In this document: positions 33,861 to 43,842 of the stretch, in pieces
Layout of the letters: every line of letters starts with the position of its first letter
Position numbering within the stretch: position 1 is the stretch's first letter
From: Thermogemmatispora carboxidivorans
GTDB lineage: Bacteria; Chloroflexota; Ktedonobacteria; Ktedonobacterales; Ktedonobacteraceae
Length of the DNA: 64,000 nt
Reading direction: 5' to 3'
NCBI RefSeq assembly: GCF_000702505.1
Contig: NZ_JNIM01000001.1
Span: 4,686,327 to 4,750,326, forward strand
The notes under the pieces: model-generated
Databases searched by the model: none
Seen by the model: the letters and a program-made list of their open reading frames with translations, nothing else
Told to the model about the DNA's origin: nothing
Program-made: the position numbers and the translations under genes

Positions 33861-34258
33861 CGCTCCCGTCTGCTGCCCTTCTTCTTTTTCCTTCGTCTCG
33901 GCTGCTTCTGCTTCTCTCGCTCTCGCCTTGCTGACGCGCCACGCCCGGCGCCCTGGCTCCCGAGGGGAGGAGGTGGACGGGACAGACAGCTGGCTCCCCC
34001 TAAGCCGATGCGACCTTACAGGACGCCCAACGAGGACAACCCAGAGGGAATGGGGACGGCGGCAGTGCCGCCCCCGACTAGAGCCTTCTCTGCTCGCTCT
34101 GCTCTCATGCTTCTCCTGCCAGCTCGCTCGCTTACTGCCGCCTGGAGAGAGCGTAGAACTCAGCTCCGGCTGCCGCCGCCAGCGCGAGCGGCGCGGTGCG
34201 GCGCGGTGCCAACTTACGAATCAGGTCAGCCAGCAAGCAGCTCGATCGGCAGGTCAGG

Positions 34259-34840
34259 CTACATCTCGTTGATCTCGTTCGTCAGCAGGATAGCCTCCGC
34301 CACCTCGCGCATCGACTTGCGATTGTTCATACTGGCCTTCTGGATCTTACGGAAAGCCTCCTGCTCACTCAGGCCATAGCGCTGCATCAGCAGCCCCTTT
34401 GCCCGCTCCACCACCTTGCGCGTCTCCAGCTGCTCGCTCAGCTCCTTTGCCTTCCCCTCCATCGCGCGGAACTCGTTGTAGCGGGCAAGTGCCACCTCGA
34501 TGGCCGGGGTCACCTCGCTCTCGCGCAGTGGCTTCACAATATAATTCACGACACCAGCCTGCTTCGCACGCTCGACCAGCGGTTGATCGCCAAAGGCGGT
34601 CAGCAGCAGCACCGGCGCGATGCGTTCCTGCGTCAGAATCTCGGCGGCAGCAATGCCGTCCATATCGGGCATGCGAATATCCATGATCACCAGGTCCGGG
34701 CGCAATTCGCGAGCCAGGTTCACAGCGCTCTGCCCGTCACCGGCCTCACCAATGACCAGGTAGCCCTGCTTGGTGAGGACATCCTTCAGGTCCATGCGTT
34801 GAATGGGTTCATCATCGGCAATGATCACACGTGTTGGCAT
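34259..34840 (-). CDS. ANTAR-domain response regulator (AmiR/NasT-type RNA-binding antiterminator)
   Basis: ATG at 34840 (MPTRVIIADDEPIQRMDLKDVL...). Receiver domain (DLVIMDIRMPDMDG) plus C-terminal ANTAR (...LETRKVVERAKGLLMQRYGLSEQEAFRKIQKASMNNRKSMREVAEAIL). Confidence 0.85.
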   Translation of the reverse strand: MPTRVIIADDEPIQRMDLKDVLTKQGYLVIGEAGDGQSAVNLARELRPDLVIMDIRMPDMDGIAAAEILTQERIAPVLLLTAFGDQPLVERAKQAGVVNYIVKPLRESEVTPAIEVALARYNEFRAMEGKAKELSEQLETRKVVERAKGLLMQRYGLSEQEAFRKIQKASMNNRKSMREVAEAILLTNEINEM

Positions 34841-35150
34841 GCTCGTATCCTGTCCGTATGACTTCAAACAAACCAGACTTGCAACTTCACAAACGACATA
34901 TTCGACCTGGCCGCTAGCACAGACACAAGACCGTCCCCCGGTCGTTGCTCTGTGCTCTCTGGCTTGTATCAAGAGTATACCACAGGTGTTTGATGAGAGT
35001 CGAGATAGAGTTTTCTGCCAGTTGTTTGCACTCACGGTCTTGCCGAGAGCCATTCCCACTCGCTCGCTCCTTCGCCCGAATCTCGCTCTTCCCCAGCATC
35101 TATCTGCCACCCGCCGCCCCTGTCAGCCCAGACACTGGCTCAGGCCCACC

Positions 35151-35176
35151 AAAAAAAAGGGCGCTCCATCGCACCC
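35151..35176 (-). terminator. Intrinsic terminator downstream of the DAHP synthase gene
   Basis: Minus-strand GGGTGC-GATGGA-GCGCCC hairpin followed by T8 (plus-strand A8 at 35151-35158). Confidence 0.55.
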
Positions 35177-35284
35177 TCTCCTTCTCTCTCCTGCCGCAGG
35201 CCGCCCTGCAAGACGGCGCCGCTCCTTCTGTCCTCCTTGCTTACGCCGGCGACGTCGCCAGCGGAGGTGGTGGCAGGCTGTCTG

Positions 35285-36358
35285 TCAGGCTACCTGTGAC
35301 AGTCTGTCGGCCTCCTGCATGATCTGGACCATCAGACGCGCCTCGTGGACGATGGTGCGCAGCTCAGCCGGCGTGATGGACTGGCGGCCATCGCAAAGGG
35401 CACTGTTCGGATCGGGATGGACCTCCAGAATCAGACCCTCGGCCCCAGCAGCGATGCCGGCACGGGCCATAGTGGGAACCAGTTCACGCCGTCCCGTGGC
35501 ATGACTGGGATCAACGATCACAGGCAGATGGGTCAGCTCATGCAGCAGTGGAACACAGGCCAGGTCGAGCAGGTTGCGGGTCTGCGGGTCAAAGCTACGC
35601 ACGCCGCGCTCGCAAAGGATGACGTTGGGGTTACCGGCGGCGACGATGTATTCGGCAGCAAGCAGCCACTCGTCAATGGTGGCGGAGAGACCTCGCTTGA
35701 GCATCACCGGTTTGCCCCGCCCTCGGCGGCCCACAGCCTGCAACAAGGGGAAGTTCTGCATGTTGCGCGCCCCGATTTGCAGGATGTCAGCATAGTCCGC
35801 TACGATCTCTACCATTTCCGGCTCCATGACCTCTGTAATCACGGGCAGACCTGTCTCTTGACGCGCCTCCGCCAGCAGACGCAGACCCTCGATGCCCAGT
35901 CCCTGGAACTGGTAAGGCGAGGTGCGCGGCTTGAAGGCCCCACCACGCAGGACCATCGCCCCTGCTTCCTTAACAGCCCGTGCAGTTTCTAGCAGCTGCT
36001 CGCGGCTCTCGATGGCACAGGGTCCGGCCATGATGACAGGCCTGACCTGCTCTCCACCGATGACGACGGGATCACAGTGACGGGCATCCCCTACAACGAT
36101 GCGGCTGGGACTGGTCTTGAAGTGACGGCTGACGAGCTGGTAGGGAGTGGTGGGGGTAAGGATCTGGGCGACAGCGGGCTGGCAACGGATGGTCTCCAAA
36201 GCCTGGGTATCGAGGACGGCGTGGTCGATGGCGATGACTTCGCTCTCCCCAATACAGGTGATGGCCAGAGGTCGCCGTTGACCGGCAACCTGCTCTACAA
36301 GCGACAACAAGGCAGCGCGTTCATCCTGGGTGGCCTGTGCTTCAATGACGATGATCAT
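35285..36358 (-). CDS. 3-deoxy-7-phosphoheptulonate (DAHP) synthase, type I-beta with N-terminal regulatory domain
   Basis: ATG at 36358 ([18 protein letters not shown]...). KDO8P/DAHP synthase core ...[14 protein letters not shown]...[19 protein letters not shown]...[12 protein letters not shown]... Confidence 0.85.
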   Translation of the reverse strand: MIIVIEAQATQDERAALLSLVEQVAGQRRPLAITCIGESEVIAIDHAVLDTQALETIRCQPAVAQILTPTTPYQLVSRHFKTSPSRIVVGDARHCDPVVIGGEQVRPVIMAGPCAIESREQLLETARAVKEAGAMVLRGGAFKPRTSPYQFQGLGIEGLRLLAEARQETGLPVITEVMEPEMVEIVADYADILQIGARNMQNFPLLQAVGRRGRGKPVMLKRGLSATIDEWLLAAEYIVAAGNPNVILCERGVRSFDPQTRNLLDLACVPLLHELTHLPVIVDPSHATGRRELVPTMARAGIAAGAEGLILEVHPDPNSALCDGRQSITPAELRTIVHEARLMVQIMQEADRLSQVA

Positions 36359-36423
36359 ACGGCTGTCAGTTCCTTTCTCCTGAACTCCTGACTGCATGCT
36401 CCCAGACAGGGCAAGATTCCAGG

Positions 36424-36534
36424 GAAATAAAAAAGCAGAGGTTTTTCGCCTCTGCTTACTCCAGCATGCTGGGGATCTGCACGGATTAGGTGGTTCTGCT
36501 CAGCTCAACCTGAAGCGGCCCACCAGCATGCTGG
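36424..36534 (-). promoter_or_regulatory. DAHP synthase leader/promoter elements: terminator-like hairpin (AAGCAGAGG-7nt-CCTCTGCTT + T-run on minus strand, 36424-36457) and two identical 12-bp palindromes CCAGCATGCTGG (36461-36472, 36523-36534)
   Basis: All elements read directly. The hairpin sits ~66 nt upstream of the DAHP synthase start. The palindromes are 62 bp apart. Confidence 0.35.
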
Positions 36535-36914
36535 AGGGCTAAAGTAAAAGTAGTAATAAAAAGCGCAGGCAACCACCGCGCGCTGACTCTGCCAGAAACG
36601 CGCCTCTACTGGCTGCTGAAGTTGCAGTTGTGGTTGCCAGGGCTTGCTGAGCATCAGATCGTCTATCCTGCTTCCTGTTTGTCTCGGTGCCACGCTGCGC
36701 GCCTCTCGACGCGCCCACGTGCCGTGCAGAGCTGCTCTTAGTGGCGCACTCTCTCGCCACTTCCTGAGAATCAGGCTGAGGGCGGATTTCCGCCGCCACT
36801 CGCATAGTCTTCTGTAGGAGAAGTATAGGCCCAATTAGCCCGGCTGTCAAGGCCAGTGCCTAAAGGTCCGACCCGGCCAGCGCTCAATGGCCTCTCCCCA
36901 CAACGAGTCGAAGA

Positions 36915-37820
36915 CTAGCGCTTGCGCGCTCGTCGCCGCAGATAGCGCCGCAGATCACGGTAGTCCTCGTAGAGGTGATCGTGCTCGCCCTTGCTGGCCT
37001 CCTTCCTCCCCGCGCTGGCCTTGCTACGGCTGCTGCTCCCCTGGGACGCGCCCCTTCGACGCTCCTCCGCTGGCCGGCCAAAGGAGGGGAAGAGGTCGAA
37101 GCGGTTCAAAACAAGCAGCAGAGCAACGAGCAAGACCAGATAAATGACAAGTGCATGAGTGATGGTTACTGGGAAGTTGAAGATCGAAAACTGGATCAAT
37201 ACCTGGTTAAGATGCAAGATTGGTGAGAGATAAGCCAGCGGTATCTGCAGCAGAGTAGCAGCGAAGATGTAGATGAACAGGCCCACAAAGTGACGCGATT
37301 TCAGGAGGGGACGGCTTGCCTGATCAGTCGAGCTGCCTGCTGCCTGCCCGCTGCTTCTGGCCGCCGTCGAGGAAGCCTGTGTCTTTGTCATGTTCCGAAC
37401 GACCTTTTGCTGCTGCCCCTTGGTTGCTGCCTCGCTAATCTTCTTGTTGGCACGCTCTGCGCCGCCAGACTCGCCTTCGGGACTCGCCCCCCGGTACAGA
37501 CGCAAAGCCCGCCAGAGGCGCATTTTGCCCGCATCGGCTGGCGATCGCTGACGCTCCGTCTGCCCTTGCTCGGCAGCGGTTTGCGTGACCGAGGCGAAAA
37601 AGCCGGGCTGGCGGCGGGCGCTGGTCGCTTTAGCCGCGCTTGCTGCTTTGGCCGCGGCAGAAGAAGCCCGCTCCTCCGCCCGGGCCGAGGCCTGCTGTGT
37701 CCCTCCTTCGGCTCGTTGGTTAGATTGTTGCTCAGCGGCAGGACTGGAGCTACTGGAGATCACCAGTAGCGGACGCTGCCGCCGCGGATTAGCCGGGCGC
37801 TGGTCGGCATCACGGGTCAT
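36915..37820 (-). CDS. Hypothetical membrane protein with low-complexity (Ala/Ser/Gln/Lys-rich) N-terminal region
   Basis: 301-aa ORF with a low-complexity N-terminus and hydrophobic helices (FVGLFIYIFAATLLQIPLAYL, ALVIYLVLLVALLLVL). It overlaps the upstream GlcG-like gene by 4 nt. Confidence 0.5.
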   Translation of the reverse strand: MTRDADQRPANPRRQRPLLVISSSSSPAAEQQSNQRAEGGTQQASARAEERASSAAAKAASAAKATSARRQPGFFASVTQTAAEQGQTERQRSPADAGKMRLWRALRLYRGASPEGESGGAERANKKISEAATKGQQQKVVRNMTKTQASSTAARSSGQAAGSSTDQASRPLLKSRHFVGLFIYIFAATLLQIPLAYLSPILHLNQVLIQFSIFNFPVTITHALVIYLVLLVALLLVLNRFDLFPSFGRPAEERRRGASQGSSSRSKASAGRKEASKGEHDHLYEDYRDLRRYLRRRARKR

Positions 37821-38533
37821 GAGGGACCTCCCGCAAGGTGTTTCCGCAAAGTTGCATTTCCATCATCGCTCTGGGGAATCTGCTCGCTGCGCTGTCCGCT
37901 CGACTCGCTCTCGCCGGCTGTCTGCTTGACAGCAGGTTGCTCCTGGAGAGCATAGTCGGCAGCGTTAGCCGCCCCCGCCAGCTCTTGCAGGGCATTGGTC
38001 GCGCTGGGCGCGCTAGCTGGATAGGCCAGGGAAGGCTGCAGGAATGCTTGAGCTGGGGAAGGGGCTCCAGCAGGCTGAAACTGAGGCTGCGGCTGCGACT
38101 GGGGGGCGAAGGCAGGAGCCAGAGCCTCCAGGACCGCCAGACCGGCACGCGCAATTTCATCATCGCGCCCTGGCGCATTGCCCCCGCTGATTCCTATGCC
38201 CCCTATGGTAGCCCCGCCAAGACGAATCGGCCAGCCACCCGCTGCCATGATGAAGCGCCCCTGAGTCATCTCCGCCAGGCTGGAGGCAAAACCCGGAATG
38301 GCTGATCCCCACTGCGCTACAGCATCCGTCGGCTGGTTGAACATCACTGCCGTGGTGGCCTTGGCAATGCTGATGTTGGCCGTGGCCCAGCCATATGGAG
38401 CCATCATACGCTCAAACAGAACGAGATGCCCACCAGCATCAACAATGGCGATGCTGACAGGACTGCGCAATTCTCTAGCGCGCTGCTTGCATGCTTCTGC
38501 GATTCGGCGCGCAATCTCAACTGACATGCTCAC
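37817..38533 (-). CDS. GlcG/HbpS-like (DUF336) heme-binding family protein with Pro/Ala/Gln-rich C-terminal extension
   Basis: MSMSVEIARRIAEA...SIAIVDAGGHLVLFERM...SIAKATTAV...IGGIGISGG matches the DUF336 core. Confidence 0.65.
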   Translation of the reverse strand: MSMSVEIARRIAEACKQRARELRSPVSIAIVDAGGHLVLFERMMAPYGWATANISIAKATTAVMFNQPTDAVAQWGSAIPGFASSLAEMTQGRFIMAAGGWPIRLGGATIGGIGISGGNAPGRDDEIARAGLAVLEALAPAFAPQSQPQPQFQPAGAPSPAQAFLQPSLAYPASAPSATNALQELAGAANAADYALQEQPAVKQTAGESESSGQRSEQIPQSDDGNATLRKHLAGGPS

Positions 38534-38855
38534 GCGGTTTGCTCCTCCTTGACACCAGCAGGCCGGCTCTCTTCGCTCGCCAGCAGCCTCCGCTTCCAGT
38601 ATATCCTCTGGTGCCTATTCTGCTGCTTCAGCCGGGACCATCCCCAGTGTCCATTGCATTGCGTTCATTGTATCGCACTCGTTTAGACGGTGCAATAGAT
38701 AGAAATTTACGGCTCCTTTGCCGCGCCACATACTTTCTCCGGCGTCGCTCTCTGGCTCGAGGCGCCGGGCAGCGCCTCGACCAGTCTTGCTATACTTGCT
38801 ATACTAAAGTAAGTTTGTCCCTTAGTTTTATCTGCCTACGGAGATAGCAGCTGGC

Positions 38856-39764
38856 ATGCGTTTGGGCCTTCAGGTAAGTAATTTCACATGGCCCATTGAA
38901 CAGGGTGCTCTTGGCGATACGTTTGCCCTGATTGCAGAACGAGCCGAGCGCGCCGGCCTCTCCAGTCTCTGGGTCATGGACCACTTCTTTCAGATTCCGG
39001 TGATGGGGCCAGCCGAGCATGAGATGCTGGAAGGCTGGTCGGCTCTGGCTTTCGCCGCCGGTCGGACAAACCGCATTCGCCTGGGGACGTTGGTCACCGG
39101 CGTAACCTACCGCCATCCCGGCCTTTTGGTGAAGACGGCTACGACGCTGGATGTGCTTTCGCACGGGCGCAGCTACTTCGGGATTGGCGCCGCCTGGAAT
39201 GAGGAGGAGCATCGCGGCCTGGGGGTGCCTTTCCCACCACTGGCCGAGCGCTTCGAGCGCCTGGAAGAGACGCTGCAGATCGCGCTCCAGATGTGGGCCG
39301 GCGATGAGCGTCCTTTTCAGGGCAAGCACTACCAGCTCGAACGCCCCTTGAATTCGCCGCTCCCAGTCCAGCAGCCTCATCCGCCAATCTTGATCGGCGG
39401 CAGCGGCGAGCGCAAGACGCTGCGCCTGGTAGCTCGCTACGCCGATGCTTGCAATCTGTTCACGCATGGCGGCAGGGAGCAGCTGCAGCATAAGCTGGAG
39501 GTGCTGCGCGAGCACTGCGAGGCCATTGGCCGCCCTTATGAGCAGATCGAGAAGACGACGCTGAGCAGCCTGCGCCTGTCCCGTGATGGGCGCGCCGGCT
39601 CGCTGTCTCCCGCCGCTGCCGTGGACTTCTTCGGCGGCCTGGCCGAGCTGGGCATCGATCAGGCCATCTTTATGCTGCCCAATGACTACGAGCTGGAGCC
39701 TTTTGAGCTGCTGGCCACCGAGATTGTGCCCCAGGTAGAGAAAATTGCGGTGGCTGGTCGCTGA
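38856..39764 (+). CDS. LLM-class (luciferase-like) F420-dependent oxidoreductase
   Basis: ...LWVMDHFFQIP...RIRLGTLVTGVTYRHPGLL...GIGAAWNEEEH...PILIGGSGERKTLRLVARYADACN... is typical of TIGR03560-type LLM proteins. Confidence 0.8.
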   Translation: MRLGLQVSNFTWPIEQGALGDTFALIAERAERAGLSSLWVMDHFFQIPVMGPAEHEMLEGWSALAFAAGRTNRIRLGTLVTGVTYRHPGLLVKTATTLDVLSHGRSYFGIGAAWNEEEHRGLGVPFPPLAERFERLEETLQIALQMWAGDERPFQGKHYQLERPLNSPLPVQQPHPPILIGGSGERKTLRLVARYADACNLFTHGGREQLQHKLEVLREHCEAIGRPYEQIEKTTLSSLRLSRDGRAGSLSPAAAVDFFGGLAELGIDQAIFMLPNDYELEPFELLATEIVPQVEKIAVAGR

Positions 39765-39862
39765 CGGCAGGTCGGCGTGAGCTGGGGCAGATGGACCCGC
39801 TGTCGATGCTGAGCGAATAATAGAGGAGATTGCAAACGGCCAGAGGAGAGAGGGAGCGCTCT

Positions 39863-40339
39863 ATGAGCAAGCGCACCGTGCTGACTGAAGAGGAACAGCG
39901 CTTTGTGCTCGGGCAGCGGGTGGCGCGCCTGGCTACAGCAGATGTGGAGGGCCATCCCCACCTCGTGCCGGTCTGCTACGCCTTCGATGGACGATGCTTC
40001 TATACGCCGCTCGATGAGAAGCCGAAGCGGGTGGCCGTGACGGAGCTGCGTCGGGTGCGCAATATCGAGGCGCGGCACGAGGCAGCTCTCTTAATCGATC
40101 ACTACGAGGAGGACTGGTCACGCCTTGGGTACGTGCTGGTAGAGGGGGAGGCTCAGCTGTTGCCGCCGGGTGACGAGCGGCAGCAACAGGCTGTGGCCCT
40201 GTTGCGCGCGCGCTATCCCCAGTATCAGCGCATGGCGCTAGAGCGGTTGCCGCTGATTATGCTGACGCCACGGGCGGTGACTTCCTGGGGGCCGGCGCTG
40301 GCCCTGGCCCGCAGCTCTCCCAAGTCAGAGCAATCCTGA
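39863..40339 (+). CDS. PPOX-class (pyridoxamine 5'-phosphate oxidase-like) F420/FMN-binding split-barrel protein
   Basis: ATG at 39863 preceded by AGAGGAGAGAGGGAG. ...RVARLATADVEGHPHLVPVCYAFDGRCFYTPLDEKPKR... Confidence 0.7.
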   Translation: MSKRTVLTEEEQRFVLGQRVARLATADVEGHPHLVPVCYAFDGRCFYTPLDEKPKRVAVTELRRVRNIEARHEAALLIDHYEEDWSRLGYVLVEGEAQLLPPGDERQQQAVALLRARYPQYQRMALERLPLIMLTPRAVTSWGPALALARSSPKSEQS

Positions 40340-40365
40340 GCTGGTGATAGGCTACCCGCCCGCGC

Positions 40366-41529
40366 TCAGGAAGTGCGACGGTCGGCATGAGCAACCGGCA
40401 GCGTGAAAAAGAAGGTGCTGCCCTGGCCGACCGTGCTCTCGGCAAAGATGCGTCCGCCGTGGGCCTCGACGATGTGGCGAGCAATAGCCAGACCCAGGCC
40501 GCTCCCTCCCCCACCGGCTCCAATATGGTCGAATTTAGAGCGTGAGCGATCGACTTTGTAGAAGCGCTCAAAGATGCGCGGCAGGTCTTCGGGGCGGATG
40601 CCAACCCCTGTATCGCGCACAAAGAAGCGCTGGCTATGCCCGTCCGGCTCGGCAAAGGTTCCGACCACGACCTCGCCTCCGGAGGGCGTGAATTTGATGG
40701 CGTTGTGAATGAGGTTAACGAGCACACGCCCAATCTGCTTACTGTCGGCAGCGACCAACACCTGCCCATCGCGAATCTCGGTCCTCAGTCTGACCCGATG
40801 GCGCTGGGCTTGAGGCAGCAGACGGGCCATGCCTTCGCGTACCAGCTGCTGGGCCTCGACCGGCTCGATGACCATTGGCAGCTGACCCGACTCGATGCGC
40901 GATAGCTCCAGGAGCTCGGAGACGAGCGAGGTCAAATACTGGACCTCTTTCTCGATGCGCTCGACAAAGACCTGCGCCTGCTCGGGGTCCGTTTCAATAG
41001 TGTCCTCCAGGGTCTCGGCCAGCAGCCGCACGGAAGCAAGCGGGGTGCGCAGCTCGTGCGAGATGTTGGCGACGAAGTCGCGGCGGACGCGCTCCAGGCG
41101 CCGCAGCTCGGTGAGGTCCTCGATGGCCACGGCAAAGTAGTGGTACTCAGGCTGCCGCTCCAGACTCGCCGACGGCTTGTGATGCTCCAGGGGCGTGACC
41201 GAGACTCTCCAACAGGGACCAGAGGGACCTTCGTTGAATTCCGCGCTCTGAGGCCGCTGGTTGGCTATGCTCTCGCGCACCAGCTGGATCATGGCGACAC
41301 TGCCGATGAGCTGATCAAGCTTGACCTTCTGCAGCGGCCCCGTGACTCCAAAGAGGCTGCCGACATGGCGGTTGTAATAGCGGATGGTCAGCGCGCGATC
41401 GATGACGAGCACCGGCCAGGGTGCCGCCTCTAGCAGCTGCAGGAAGAAGTGACGATAGTTGATGCTTGTTGTCTTCTCGGCTGTTGTGCGCTCTGTCAAG
41501 GCTGTTTCCTCGCTTCGCAGCATCACCAA
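40366..41529 (-). CDS. Cytoplasmic PAS sensor histidine kinase
   Basis: The H-box is FVANISHELRTPL. The HATPase_c motifs are N (NLIHNAIKF), G1 (DTGVGI) and G2 (GSGLGLAI). No TM segments. Confidence 0.85.
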   Translation of the reverse strand: MVMLRSEETALTERTTAEKTTSINYRHFFLQLLEAAPWPVLVIDRALTIRYYNRHVGSLFGVTGPLQKVKLDQLIGSVAMIQLVRESIANQRPQSAEFNEGPSGPCWRVSVTPLEHHKPSASLERQPEYHYFAVAIEDLTELRRLERVRRDFVANISHELRTPLASVRLLAETLEDTIETDPEQAQVFVERIEKEVQYLTSLVSELLELSRIESGQLPMVIEPVEAQQLVREGMARLLPQAQRHRVRLRTEIRDGQVLVAADSKQIGRVLVNLIHNAIKFTPSGGEVVVGTFAEPDGHSQRFFVRDTGVGIRPEDLPRIFERFYKVDRSRSKFDHIGAGGGGSGLGLAIARHIVEAHGGRIFAESTVGQGSTFFFTLPVAHADRRTS

Positions 41530-41633
41530 ACCAATCAGCCACCAGGGATGACTGGGCTGTGGGCCTTGTCGCTCTTGCCCTTCTCGTCCGCCTGCCCGTC
41601 TCTACTCCGGGTCCCCTGGCGCCCCAGCCCGTC

Positions 41634-42443
41634 TTACACGGAAGGCTGATCGGCTCCGTCCGCGCCCGTCCCGTTCTCGCTCGCAGGGGCCGGCTTGGTG
41701 GCAACGTGCACGGCTACAATGCCGCCGTTCAGGCGATGAAAGCGCACCTCGCTCCAGCCCACCTCTTCCATAATGGCCTTGAGCGTCGGCGCGTCGGGGA
41801 AGTGCGTCAGCGAGCGCGGCAGATAGCGATACTCTTCGGCAGCTTTGCCAATGATAGCGCCGAAGAGGGGCGCGATACGATAAAAGTACAGGTGAAAGAG
41901 CAAGCCAAGCAGCCTGCCAGGTGGATGGCTGATCTCCAGGCAGACCATGTGCCCACCAGGTCGCACGACGCGCAGCATCTCGCGCAGCGCCTGGCGTAGA
42001 TCGGTGACGTTACGCATCATGAAGGCCGAGCAGCAGCCATCGACGCTGTTGTCCGGCAGATCGATATGCTCGGCATCGCCCACGCGCAGCTCGATGCGAT
42101 CCTGTAATCCCAGGCGCTCCAGCTTACGCCGTCCCAGGTCGAGCATTTCGGGCGTGATATCCATGCCGATCATGCGCGCCCCCGGCCCGGCCTGCCGGAT
42201 GACGGCAATGGCGAGATCTGCTGTGCCCGCCCCCAGGTCTAGCCCAATCTCGCCCGGTCCCAACGCCAAACAGCGAGCAGCAAAGGCTCGCCAGCGGCGG
42301 TCGAGTCCCAGGCTCATAAGGCGGTTGAGAAGATCGTAGACGCGGGCAATGCGCGCAAAGAGGCGCTGGACATAGGTGCGTTTTCCTCCAGCGCGCCTGA
42401 AGGACTCTTCCAGAACAGTATCCCCCGTGATAGGTTTTTCCAT
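41634..42443 (-). CDS. ubiE: Demethylmenaquinone/ubiquinone C-methyltransferase (UbiE/MenG family)
   Basis: ...YDLLNRLMSLGLDRRWR...LDLGAGTADL...LREMLRVVRPGGHMVCLE... are UbiE/MenG family signatures. Confidence 0.85.
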   Translation of the reverse strand: MEKPITGDTVLEESFRRAGGKRTYVQRLFARIARVYDLLNRLMSLGLDRRWRAFAARCLALGPGEIGLDLGAGTADLAIAVIRQAGPGARMIGMDITPEMLDLGRRKLERLGLQDRIELRVGDAEHIDLPDNSVDGCCSAFMMRNVTDLRQALREMLRVVRPGGHMVCLEISHPPGRLLGLLFHLYFYRIAPLFGAIIGKAAEEYRYLPRSLTHFPDAPTLKAIMEEVGWSEVRFHRLNGGIVAVHVATKPAPASENGTGADGADQPSV

Positions 42444-42507
42444 GCCTTCCTCATCTCCAATCCAGGGCGGCAGCAGCTACCCCGTCTTCCTTCGCTCCGA
42501 CCTCAAC

Positions 42508-43542
42508 TTAGAGACCAAGCGGGCGCAGCAACGCTGCGGCGGCAATCCCCAGGGCCAGCAGCAGGCCAAACTGCAGATGCAAAGCGGCGGTGCGCTTGAA
42601 ACCAACAATAAAGGCGGCGCGTTCGCGCGCGCTGAGTACGGAGCGGACGTTGATAAAGGCCAGCGGGAAGCTGATCCAGACGATCAGCGTGTGTAGCGGC
42701 AGCAGGCCGGCCAGCGCGAAGAGGCTCACGGCCAGATAGCTGCCAATAACGAGCGCGGCATGATAGCGGCGGGCAAAGGTCTGGCCCAGACGCACGGGCA
42801 GAGTCAGCTTGCGCACGGCTCGATCTTCTTCGTAATCACGAATGTTGTTCATGTTGAGAATGGCCGTGACCAGAAAGCCCACCGGCACGCTGGCGGCAAA
42901 AGCCACCCACGACCAGCGCGGGATTTGTACATAGTAGGCGCCCCAGGTCATCAGCAAGCCCATCGCGATGTAGACCAGCGGATCACCCAGGCCACGCGCC
43001 GCCAGCTGGAACGGTCTGGCGCTGTAAAAATAGGCGATGACCATGCCAATGAGACCAAAGAGCAAGATAGCCGGCCCACAGAGCACAACCAGCACCAGAC
43101 CGAGCAGCGCGGCCAGCACAAAGCAGGCAATCGCTCCACCCAAGACCTGGCCCGCTGTCATCTCGCCGCGAAAGATGACGGTACTGGCCCCGAGCGATTG
43201 CGGACTATCGAGGCCATAGCGATAATCGAAATACTCGTTAAAGTAGTTCGTACCGATCTGGAGAAAAAGGCTCGCCAGCAGGGCCAGGGCGAACGGCCCA
43301 GGGCGAAAGGTTCCCTCATAAGCGGCCACCGCCGTGCCGACGAACAGCGGACTGACAGTAGCCGTCAGCGAAAAAGGGCGGGCGTTCTTCACCCAGATCT
43401 TCCAGTCTTTCCAGGAGGCTGGCACGTCGTCTTTTCCCCCCTCGTAGCACGCTCTGCCTGGCTGCCTCCGTACTTCCTCTTCACCCTCCTCACCTCTCCT
43501 TCGTTCCTTCCTTTCCGCTCCCCCCGGTTCCAGCTCGGCCAA
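42508..43542 (-). CDS. menA: 1,4-dihydroxy-2-naphthoate polyprenyltransferase (UbiA superfamily)
   Basis: NYFNEYFDYRYG aspartate-rich motif analogue and multi-TM UbiA fold, adjacent to ubiE/menG. Start uncertain: the N-terminal ~40 aa of the ORF are likely not translated. Confidence 0.75.
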   Translation of the reverse strand: MAELEPGGAERKERRRGEEGEEEVRRQPGRACYEGGKDDVPASWKDWKIWVKNARPFSLTATVSPLFVGTAVAAYEGTFRPGPFALALLASLFLQIGTNYFNEYFDYRYGLDSPQSLGASTVIFRGEMTAGQVLGGAIACFVLAALLGLVLVVLCGPAILLFGLIGMVIAYFYSARPFQLAARGLGDPLVYIAMGLLMTWGAYYVQIPRWSWVAFAASVPVGFLVTAILNMNNIRDYEEDRAVRKLTLPVRLGQTFARRYHAALVIGSYLAVSLFALAGLLPLHTLIVWISFPLAFINVRSVLSARERAAFIVGFKRTAALHLQFGLLLALGIAAAALLRPLGL

Positions 43543-43842
43543 GGAAGCGAGAGCGGTGGTGGTGTGGCCAGGCCAGCCACCAGCAGCTAGACCTGGAGAG
43601 GCGCTGAGAGAGCGAGGCAGAGGCAGGCTGCTTTCTTCATCTCATTATCGTCATACATAAGGATAGTGCGCCAGCGGGAAAACGTCAAACAGATTCCAGC
43701 CGAGATGAAGCAGGATAGGGCGAGGTCGCCAAGAAGGCGCTGCCGAGGGCCGAGGGAGAAGAGCAGGTCAAAGCCGGTCAGGGGCAGGTCAGGCAGCATT
43801 GTGGTCGCGGGGAAGCTGTCACCAGCATGACCCCGCGACCTA

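Noticed and set aside
36459-36560. Possible T-box riboswitch upstream of DAHP synthase
   Set aside because: The minus-strand sequence TGGTGGGCCGC only partially resembles the T-box core (GGGTGGNACCGCG). Its distance to the terminator hairpin (~60 nt) does not fit the antiterminator/terminator overlap of genuine T-boxes. The elements are reported only as hairpin plus palindromes.
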